Below are positions 1 to 10,142 of a DNA stretch of 64,000 nucleotides, piece after piece. Source of the stretch: Cycas panzhihuaensis (lineage: Eukaryota > Plantae > Cycadophyta). Under the pieces are notes generated by a model that saw nothing but the letters and a program-made list of their open reading frames with translations, made no database searches and was not told where the DNA came from. The stretch covers positions 43,903,741 to 43,967,740 of the forward strand of contig CM041465.1 of the NCBI GenBank assembly GCA_023213395.1, read 5' to 3'. Made by a program: the position numbers and the translations under genes. The stretch's first letter is position 1; each line of letters starts with the position of its first letter.

Positions 1-2574
1 TTCTATTATACACCTTTCCATTATCACTTTATTTTCAATACAAACTCACTATCTTTCCATTCACAAAATCTACATTAGAATTATTTAGATATACACTAAT
101 GTTGAACCAACTTATGACATGTTATATACCCCATACTACCATTTTTTCAACCACCTAAAGTATAACAATTCACCAAGACTGATAACCACTTATACAAACA
201 TGCTAATAGACTACTAAAAGAACAAATCTAAATCATTTCACTTCATACATTTGATGTAAAAATCATTAATATATATAAATAAAATACCATTGTATAAAAT
301 AAATTACACTTGGATAATAAATACAATAATTAACTTAACATTGTTTGCTCACTATTCTATTCAACATCTCTCATAAAATATGCCCTTTTATCAATTAATA
401 GAAACTATACTAATGTTGGTATCTCACCCAACAATCACCAAAAGAGTGTTTGATTCACTCACTTTGCCATCATATGAAAAAATAAAGTCTTATCCATGCC
501 TCATATTGCCATAAAAGATAAAGCCTTAATGCCACTTTACTCAATCACCTTAATGCACCCATTTGAAGAGAAAACCATATCTCATCTAATGATGTCAAAA
601 AAGCATCTTAATATATCAAAGACCACTTAGAATGAATGGAATAAAAAGGCCACTTAATATATTAATTTAACCCAAGATGATTAATAGTCAAAATGACCAC
701 TTAAAATAATAAAGGCCATTAGCTTTAATTGCAAAATGGCAATCCAATCGACACTATTATTATAGGTGATTAATATTCTTTTCTAAAAGGTATTGAAGTA
801 ACTTTAAATAACATAGGCAGCTTTGATAAATCAATGGTGATATAATATATTGACATGGCAATCAATATATAAAACAAATATGACTTTAATATATATGGTG
901 ATCAAATCAAATATCAAATACGATTTCAAGTATCAATGTGATTTTATCAAAATAAATAAAGGGTTATTCAAAGAAATATTAACCATCATTGATAAATTAG
1001 ATAACTTTATAACCATGGCAATGAAATAATTTTCACAATGATGGGCAATAAAGTTAAGAGAATATCTCATATCGCCATAAGTATCTACAACAAACCTTAC
1101 GTACAACTACGTGCTCTCATCCAATGATTTGTGACCCCTTCAATTCCCATGTAACGTATATACATTACGTCTGACTCCATGATAACTATGAATACTATCC
1201 ATGTTGTATTTTTATGTCTCAATGGCTTGGCTACTCTATATGAAATGTAAACATTTGATGAGCCCATAAGTATGTTGCACCCAAACAAAGGCATCTATAA
1301 CTACTTTATCCTCACTTTTACATGAGCATCTACACTTGTAGCTACTAACTTCCACATGCTTATAATCATAAATATAAATGGACACCTCAATCCTCTATTG
1401 CATCTACAACTTTGATCTCAAATGGCATCACTACCAGTTATTGTATTATCTCTACATCTTCTATCACATCTATACAACTAAGTGATCGAGCACTGTAATC
1501 ACCTAAGGGCCTCTATAATAATCTCTATGAACTCGTGACTCAATGTTTCTTACCATGGCTATGGTTATTCAAGCATGATCTATACTATGCTCTTCTATGT
1601 ACTTTCACAAAGATGACATCATTTGAGGCTAACACTACACTAGTGGTATCACTCCAACTCAGCTTTAATAGTGGTGACTTCAATCTTATGAATCTGTAAT
1701 CTCTCACAATATCTACAACTATCTTAGGTCACCATAACTATTAACTTAGAGGCAACACATTTTATTCCATGCAATATTTATAACTCCTTTGATCTGGACA
1801 ATGGTAGCCACAACTCCAGGGGAATCTAATGTTATGTCCACAATCTTAAGTTATGATGTTATCAGTCTATTATTACAAACTCAATGGCAACATAGATAAA
1901 CATATCTAGCATCTTCCATAGATTCAAAAAGTGTATCGATGATTGATAATTGAGTAACCAAAGGCAATAAGTTTCAAAACAAGGGGCACTAGCATATACT
2001 TCATATCTAGATACCTATACAAAATAAAATAACCTCTTACACTCCTCTACACACCTTCAAAAATAATGAATCCCTACAAAATAGATAATAGAAGGCATTG
2101 AGAATTTGCACGCAATCATTGAACCACTATGGCTATTCTTTCAGCTATTAGAGAAGTTAATCCTTAAGGGTTGAGCTAGTGCTACTTAGCAACCAACGAT
2201 TTAAACAATTTGCCTAACATTCACCTACTTATGCATGACTATCTACTCTGATACCATGTTAGAAATCACCAAGAAAATATATAGAGATATTTATGTATAC
2301 AATAGACATGAAAGGAGAAAGCACATAGGACAAATTTGACATGGGAAACCTTGTGGTAAAAACCCACCATAGAATTATATCATTATATTATTCAAAATAT
2401 GTTCAATTATAATGGATATTGAATCATTATTTATAGATCTATAACTCCCTCAAATAATTACAATGAGATTATATCCATCAACCTAAATAACATCATAATA
2501 TTACATCATAGGTTTGCATAATATATCACCATATTTATATTACTTGAGTAAGTGCATATAATGTTACTTTAACA
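1..2574 (-). mobile_element. Non-autonomous LTR retrotransposon, family A copy 1 (5' LTR + PBS + non-coding interior; 3' part lies beyond window start)
   Basis: CTCTGATACCA (reverse complement of PBS) at 2246-2256 abuts an LTR TGTTAGAAA...TTTAACA. The LTR shares GGGAAACC..GGT.AAAACCCAC and ATTTATAGATCTA with the LTRs at 54020 and 57922. The interior matches copy 3 (e.g. CACTATGGCTATTCT ~2127 vs TACTGTGGCTATTCT ~57793; 80-110 vs 55572-55600). Confidence 0.8.
2257..2574 (-). repeat. 5' LTR of family A copy 1
   Basis: TG...CA termini, adjacent PBS, homologous to the other family A LTRs. The right flank runs straight into a copia gag relic. Confidence 0.75.
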
Positions 2575-4217
2575 ATGAAAACAACATAAGTATCTACCTA
2601 TATAAAATAACGAATTTGAGGAATATGTTGTAAGAGACTAAGTTAGGATCAATTGATAATATGTTGTTGTCAGTGATAATTATACTAAAACTATTAGTTA
2701 CATTTATTACTTTTTAAACCATCTATGCTAAAGATGAGGTTATAGAAGGTGAATTATTTAAAACACTAAAAAATCTCATCTTAGTTTTTGGGTTACCATA
2801 GTACCAAAAGGACTTGGGCAGACTTTTGGTCTTATCACAACCCATAATAGGGCTAGGTACATCCCCAAGGATGGGCCACTTATGGAAATGGAATATGGCT
2901 GAGAGCATGGGTTAGAAATCTCTCCAACACTCCCTCTCTAATTGGACTCAGGGTGGATTAAACCCTAGCACCTACTCTAATACCATTGTTTGGTTGCTAA
3001 AGTGCCAAAAGGACCTAGGTGAACTTTTGGTCTTGCCATAACCCTTAATAGGCCTAGATGCATCCCCAAGGATGGGCCACCCATGGAAATGGAACATGGT
3101 CAAAAGCATGGGTTGGGAATTTCTCTAATACTAGTTGAAGATGCTAAGCTAAAACTCCATGGTATACTTAGAAGTTCCTAATCTGATTAAGCCTTATTCA
3201 TGAAGATATAGAAGAAAGATAATGATAAGGTAAGAAAGAATCCACACAAGGATAGGGAAATATTTCAATAGAAGAAAAAAAAAATTTAAGGCCATAAGGA
3301 AAAAAATTATTAGTTCAAAAAGAGAGACCAAAAAAAAAAAGCTAAGATGATAAAGAAAAGAGAATTACTACTCATTATATAGAGGTCATGATTTCACCTG
3401 TTGTATTAGTCGAATAGAGGAACTCTTGGATTCTTGAATCTGGTATGCAAAGGTATATCCCTTTTTGTAAGGAGAATTTTATGGCATAGGATTCTATGAC
3501 CAATGATTAAAAAATCATTCTTGGAGATGCAAGATCAATTCTTGTAAAAGGAATTAGAAGAGTCTTGATTATAGGTGGTCATTTTAATAAGGTGTATTAT
3601 GCACTTGATATATTAAAAAATCTTCTATCTACTTAAGAATTCTATAAACAAGGTATGAAGATTGAGTTTTATAAAGATAGATGCTTAATTAAGGATCTGA
3701 AGAAGAACTATTCTATCATTGCTACCATAAAGGTTAAAGATGACTTCTAGATATTTGAGAAGTTTTAAAAACAAAACAAGCCATATGCCTTTATTGCTAG
3801 TATAGATAATGTAAGTAAGTTGTGGCATGAATGTTTGGGTCACCACAACTTAAAAAACATGTCATCAATGAATAAATTAAATATGGTGGAAGGTTTTCCA
3901 AAAGTTTTATGTCAGTCAGTGTTTGTGAAGGGTGTATGTATGGAAAGCATCACAAATATCCTTTCACTTAGGATCATGTCTAAAGAGCTAAGGAAAAGCT
4001 GGAGCTTATACATTCATATAAAATGGGGTAATTATCCAACCCTTTAATATTAGGAGTTCGATATACCTTGGTGTTTGTAGATGATTACATTGAGAAAGGC
4101 TTAGTGTACTTTTTGAATAATAATTCTGAAGTATTTGATTACTTTTACGAATGGAAAGTGCAAGTTGAAAATGGAAGTGATAAAAAGATAAAAATTTCAA
4201 AGAGTGATAATGGCAAG
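2575..4217 (+). mobile_element. Decayed Ty1/copia fragment (gag C-term, protease, GAG-pre-integrase, integrase N-part)
   Basis: WILESG protease relic ~3427, LWHECLGH ~3820, VFVDDY...KIKISKSDNG 4068-4217; many stops. Interrupted by the TRIM and truncated by an LTR starting at 4218. Confidence 0.85.
2786..3130 (-). mobile_element. TRIM (terminal-repeat retrotransposon in miniature), 345 bp
   Basis: Two 144-bp direct repeats (2786-2929, 2987-3130) flank a 57-bp interior. The interior carries a reverse-complement PPT (CTCCCTCTC, 2930) and a reverse-complement PBS (CTCTAATACCA, 2975-2985). TSD TTAGT/CTAGT. Removing it restores the host frame KNLILVEDAKLKLHGIL. Confidence 0.88.
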
Positions 4218-5210
4218 TGTTATAGTATAATGCTTAATTTTAAAGGTTCATAGGTTTATTATTTAATAGAAAGGATATTATATTAAAATGTTAGTTATAA
4301 TTGGAGTTAATTATAATTTAATGTTGAAAGCCTAGGTATGTGTGGTCTATTATGCACATACCACATTGTAACGCCATTGTGATGTTGATCATACAAGGTG
4401 CCATGTGTCACCTTGCGTGATTAACTCATCATATTTTCAGAAATGCTTTTATATTGCTATATGTACAAATTTGATATTTAATTCAATCTTTAATGAAAGA
4501 AAAGATATAGATATGTACTTTATTTATTGTTATCCATTTTTTGCTTTTGAATATTAATTATGTACATTATTCATCATTCATTTTAGTATCAGAGCAAATT
4601 TTGAGAGCCAACCATCCTTGAGATGGCACCTATCAAACCTAGTATATATGAGTGTTTGTGTAGGGTTTTGATTGAGAGTCTTAAGGCTATGAATCTTTAT
4701 GCATATATTTGGATTGGTAGAAAAACTTTCACCAATGCCTTTGTTAAAAATATATTCAAAGGATGTGAGGAAATCTTCACAAATTTGAATTAGATATCTT
4801 TGTTAGCAGTGCTCTTATTACAACATATGCTAAATGCGAGATGATTAATTACGTGCATAAAATGTTCAATAAAATGTCTGAATAGAACATGGTCTCATAG
4901 ATTACAATGATAGTAGTTCATGCATAGAATGGGAGGACAGAGAATGAACCCCACTTATTTGACCAAAAGCTTTGTAGGAGAGAGCCTACTTGAAAAAAGG
5001 CAATCATCGTTACATCTACATGGACATGCATGATGCCCATGACTATACCATTTACTGAATGATGACTATAAACTAATGATGCAATGACTATAAATATGAA
5101 GAATATTGTGTTTGATAATTGAAAGGTGTTTCAATAACCCTTCTATGTAGAACAACATGAAGCTATGATCTATATGTGGAGGTTAAGCTTAGAAATTATA
5201 AAGGAGTGTT
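4218..5210 (+). mobile_element. Truncated LTR element: LTR (4218-4580), PBS (4584-4595), gag N-terminal relic
   Basis: TGTTATAG start cuts the upstream integrase; ...TTCA is followed by TAGTATCAGAGC; LKAMNLYAYI-like gag relic ~4680. No partner LTR found; 3' end approximate. Confidence 0.6.
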
Positions 5211-6441
5211 CAAGCACTTTGAGAGGAAACTAAAGGGTAGCTCAAGAATATTGAATTGTAGCCCCAGATTTTAAGGTCAACTTGCCCTAGTTCTATGGTC
5301 ATGGTCACTAAGGAGGAAAAAAATTCACCATAGATATATTTGTCAAACACTTTTGGCTGTAGCAGTGATTGAGAGTAATAATGATATTTGTAAAGGGAGA
5401 TAAGTCTTCTGACTCAATGCCATTCTTGTATTCTATTACTAGAATCTCTTGTGCCATTGTTGGCAGATCTTGTAATGGGTATTGATCAACCTATTGTTAC
5501 CTCTAATATTACGAGTAATGCAAGGGTATTGTGGATGATTGGAAGTCCAAGGAATACTGTGATGAGAGCTAAATGATACATAAACAATAGATCTCAGAGG
5601 TTGGGCATCTAGTCATGCCATTTCTGGTAGCATCTTTACATCTCTACTATGCCAAATTTGTTTGAGTGTAAAAGGGCCCTAAAATTATTTTTTATAAATG
5701 TAGCATTTATGCTTTTATTTGTTTAGTAAGTGGCACCTCTATTGGTCTCTTACTCCATCTCTATTCTAGAGGTCATTCAGTGTCAACTGGTGTGGAGTTA
5801 GGTAGTTATTTGTATGGCCTGATGGTGTTTATAGTCTATCAATCTCTCTAGGCTAGGAAGGTCTACCCACGCTAAGTTATCACAACTCACCAAAGGTTAT
5901 AAATGGTTAGTTGAAATTGATTTTTTGTATTATAATAGAATCAGGTCTCTTAGAACCATCTTGCCAAATGCAAGGGTTTAGAGCATGCATGGTAAGTGTT
6001 TGATAAAATACTCATAAAAGTTGCATCCCATATAAGTATCTACTAGATTTTCAATGCCATCCCTAAGAATTTTAGCTTCTTTAGATGTTATATGTATAAT
6101 GAATCCTCTTATTCCTAGGTCCTCATCTTTTGTCTTAATTGATATAAGTTATTTTGTACTCTCTACTTTTGGTTGTATTTTTATAATTATTTCTGAGATT
6201 GGTTAGCTTTTAAAAAGTTTGGAAGTCAAAGAAGCAAATAAACCCTCTAACCTTGGCAAAAGGAAATAGAAAAAAAAAAGGAAGAAGAGATGGTTACAAA
6301 GTTGTCTCTAGCCATGATAGTTAGAGGTCAAAGTGCATGAAGTCATGCCATCCTCATCTAATCCTAGAAAAATGTGAATTTTGCAATATGTTGTTGTCAT
6401 TTTTACACATCAAAGGACCTAAAAGTCTAAGAAAACTAGTT

Positions 6442-6921
6442 GGGAAGTTGAAGGAGGAGTTGGTTGTTTTAAAATATTTAAACATACAAGGAATTTATAT
6501 GGACTTGGGCATTTCTACTTTGTTGATATAAGGATGTATAAGAACAAAAGCCCTAGTAGAGAGCAATATTGTCAATGATTTTTTGGATAAATCATATTCA
6601 AAACTAACTTTGTCTTAAGAAACCACCTCTTAAACTTGTATGCTAAATGCAAGAAGATAGAAGATGCATGCCAAGTGTTTAATAGAATTACCAAATAGAA
6701 TGTCGTGTCTTAGAATGCCAAGATTGCAGGATATGTCCAGAATGGATAATATGAGAAGGCTCTTAGATTATTTTATGACATGCAAGCGATTGACATGAAT
6801 CTAAGTGTGTTCATTATAGCCATCATTCTTAGGGCATGTACAAGACTTTCAACTCTAAAATAGGGATTGCCCTAAATAGTGAGGGCAAGAAAGCTCTAAA
6901 ACTCTTTAGGAAAATGCAAAT
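6442..6921 (+). pseudogene. PLS-class pentatricopeptide repeat (PPR) pseudogene fragment
   Basis: Manual translation: GKLKEELVVLKYLNIQGI...NLYAKCKKIEDACQVFNRITK*NVVS*NAKIAGYVQNG*YEKALRLFYDMQ...ILRACTRLSTLK*G...EGKKALKLFRKMQ. These are typical PLS PPR motifs with stops and frameshifts. Confidence 0.9.
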
Positions 6922-7167
6922 GAGTTTAATATTAGAGTGTTTGATCAATTTATCATCTCCTTATTTTTTATTGAATGATTTTATGTATATGTGAGCAAGA
7001 TTAGAACCCGCATCTAAACCAAGACTGAACCTCTCTTCTTTCACCTAATTTTTAGAATAAAATTATCCATTGATGTCTCTTTATCAGAAGTCTATAAATG
7101 GAGGTTGCCCAATTTGGTCTCATGTCACAATAAATACCTCAGCTCCTTGAATATTTTGTTGATTCCT

Positions 7168-8290
7168 CATTCTTATTTGATAGTCTTGTTGCATCTTTCT
7201 TAGTCAATAACCTTGCAACCTCTATCTTAATTGATGAAATTACTATCTCTTTCTTAGTTGACATCCTTACAACCTCTTTATCAGCGGACAAACCTACTGT
7301 CTCTTTCTCAGTCAATAGCCCTGTTACATCTTTCTCAGTTGACATACCTACTACTTATTTCTCAATTGACATACTTACTGCCTCTTTCTCAATTGATAGA
7401 CTCATAACCTATTTCTTATTCGATGTATCCACAACTTCTTTCTTAGTTGACAGTCCTATTACCTTTTTCTTAGTTGACAACACTACTACATTTCTTAGTC
7501 AATAACCCTGTTATCTTTTTCTTAGTCAATGACCTTATTGCCTCTTTCTCAATCAACGACCTTGTTACCTCTTTCTTAGTCGATGACCTTGCTAACTTTT
7601 TCTTAATCGATGACCCCACTATCTCTTTCTCAATCGATAATACTACTTCCTTTTTCTTAGTTGATGGAAGTGTTACCTCTTTCTTAGTTGACAACACTTC
7701 TACCTTCTTTCTCAGTCGACAACATGTCATCTTCTTTTCAATCAATAACCTTGTTACCTCTTTCTTAGTCGATGGCACTGCTATCTTTTTCTCAGTCAAC
7801 GACCCTATTGCCTCTTTCTTAGTCAATAACATTGCTACCTTTTTCTTAGTCAATAACATTGCTACCTTTTTTTTAGTTGAGGCCCTATTACCTCTTTCTC
7901 AGTTGATGACACTATTGCCTTTTTTTCAATTAATGTCCTTACTACCTCTTTCTCAATTGATAACACTACTACCCTTTTCTTAGCTGATGGCCTTACAACC
8001 TCTTTCTTAGTTGACAGACCTACAAACTCTTTCTCAGTTGATAAACCTGTAGCCTCTTTCTCAATCGATAGACCTACAATGTTTTTCTTAATTGAAAGAC
8101 TTGCAACATCTTTCTCAGTCAATGGACTTGCTGCCTCTTTGTTACTCGATGGACCTATTGCTTCTTTCTTAGTCAACATACCTACTGCCTCTTTGTTATT
8201 TGATGGACCTACTACTTCTTTCTTAGTTAATAGACCTACTGCCTCTTTCTCAATCAATGGACCTATTACCTCTTTCTTAGTTGGCACACC
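7168..8290. repeat. 27-bp tandem repeat array, ~41 degenerate copies (consensus ~TCTTTCTYAGTYGAYARACCTRYTRCC)
   Basis: TCTTTCT(T/C)AGT recurs every 27 bp. The ORF track shows 9-aa periodicity on both strands (STEKEVVGL-like on minus, SFLVDDLVT-like on plus). Confidence 0.95.
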
Positions 8291-8360
8291 TCTATTTTTT
8301 GCTTTTAAATATAGATTGTGTACATTATTCATCTTTCAATAAAGAATATAATAATAATGC

Positions 8361-9830
8361 CTTTAATTAGTTCTATCTAAAGAATGGTATAAGGTAGGAA
8401 TTTATAATCCTATATATCCCATAGTAAAATGGTATCATTGAAAGAAAAAATCATACCATGATGGAGATGGAAAGATGCAAGGTATACGCAAAAACTCACC
8501 ATCAATATTATGGATAAAAGCTATTAGAATTATAGTGTATATTTTGAACTAGGTATTAACTTTAGTAATTTGTGGCATAACCCTTGAAGAAAAATGGACT
8601 GATAGAAAGTTTACCATTGACCATTTAAAATTTTTTCAGTGCATAGCATATGCACATATCCCAAATGAAAAATAGAAGAAGTTGCATCGTAAGAGTAGGA
8701 AGTGTATGAATGTGGGGTATAGTGATACACGAAAAGGTTATAGATTATGGCATCTAGTAAAAAAGAAACTTCTTGTTAATTAGGATATAGAGTTTATTGA
8801 GTTGTTGATGTATCACATTGAACGAGCATCATCTAAATAAGTCTTTTATCTGTTATTACTACCATTTTTGTTAGGTTCAATTCTGTAGGAGTCAACCTTT
8901 GAGAATGTGAACCCAATTTAACCTGTTGAAGAACCTATTCAATAAAGGGAATATAGACTAAGTAACACAAATAATGAAGAGTCATCATAAGAAGAGATAC
9001 ATGAGAAATTGGGTGCTAAAATGCCTATATGGGCTAGAACTACCATTTAGGAGTCGAGTGTGATGTTGTAAGATCTGATAAAAGGATGGAAAATAAGGAG
9101 TCAACATGCCAATCAAGCTCTAATAATTAATACCATAGACTTCTATGACCTTGATTCTTATATTGAAGTGAAGGAGAATCCTAATTGGAGAGTTGTAATA
9201 GATGAGGAGTATGGTTCTCTTGTAAAGAACAAAACATAGGATTTAGTCCCATTACCTCCAAAGAAGAATCTTGTTAGATATAAGTAGGTATATAAGACAA
9301 AGTTCCACTTTAACAGTGAAGTGGAAAAACATAAAGCCCAACTTGTTGCATAATGATTCATACAAAAGAAAGGAATTAATTATAAAGAGGGTTTTTCACC
9401 TGTCTTAAAGATGATAATGGTCTGGTTGATCCTTTCACTTATAACTCAATATAGATGGAGCCACATCAAATGAATGTATAGTTTACATTTCTTAATAGAG
9501 ACTTCAAGTAAGAAATTTATATGGTATAATTTGGGTTTATTAAGAAAGGACAAGAAAAGTTTGTATGCCAGTTAAAGAAATTACTCTATAGTCTAAACCA
9601 AGTACTAAGGGTGTGGTATGCAAAGATCAATGCATAGTTAAAGGAAAAAGGATTTCGTAACTATAGATTTAGAGCCTAATTTGTATATCAAGAAGATTAT
9701 AAATATGATTATGGTAATTGTGTTATATGCTAATAATCTCATATTGATAGGAAATTATCATAAGGTGATTGTGGATGCTAAATCCAACCTATAAAAAACC
9801 TTTGATAAGATAAATCTAGGCATGTTGAAT
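8361..9830 (+). mobile_element. Decayed Ty1/copia, integrase to RT N-half (continues at 17479)
   Basis: Integrase relic (KNGIR*EF...*NG; KSRKCMNVGYS..KGYRLW), RT relic (EEYGSLVKNKT*DLVPLP, HKAQLVA). Ends FDKINLGMLN at the insertion site. Confidence 0.9.
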
Positions 9831-10128
9831 TGAAAAGGGTTAATGTCACTAGGTCATTACATTAGTTGATCATTTCTAAAAAGGGTCTTAAGTGGACTTT
9901 AAATTACATCACTTAAGTGAAATTCTCTTTCATATGGATTATGTATAATTTCATTTCACCTAACTCTAATGCTCCCTCTCTTAATATAAAAGTAAAAGCT
10001 CAATGGAGGAGGCTTATTCTTACCTCCCTATTTTGTGAGAGCTACTTTCTTTCTCTCAAGTCTCTCTTGCTCCTATATTTGCCTTTGTATTTAGTGCATG
10101 GAGATGAAGGATAGATCCACTCTTTTTA
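9831..10128 (+). repeat. 5' LTR
   Basis: Direct repeat of 17181-17478, followed by the PBS. Confidence 0.96.
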
Positions 10129-10130
10129 TA

Positions 10131-10142
10131 TGGTATCAGAGC
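10131..10142 (+). promoter_or_regulatory. Primer-binding site (tRNA-iMet)
   Basis: TGGTATCAGAGC 2 nt after the LTR. Confidence 0.95.

Noticed and set aside
5590-6000. LINE ORF1 zinc-knuckle relic (C.KCKGLEH-like at ~5960-5990)
   Set aside because: Needs a frameshift and the surrounding motifs are too decayed to support it.
6921-7140. Unique coding continuation downstream of the 9-aa repeats (minus strand)
   Set aside because: All three frames contain several stops and no recognisable motif.
7168-8290. CRISPR array
   Set aside because: The units are contiguous degenerate 27-mers with no unique spacers; there are no cas genes and the context is eukaryotic.
7474-8342. Hydrophobic plus-strand ORFs as membrane proteins
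   Set aside because: They are the antisense reading of the 27-bp array.
9917-10114. Duplicated 60-65 aa ORF (also 17282-17464) as a conserved small gene
   Set aside because: It lies entirely inside the two LTRs of one element.
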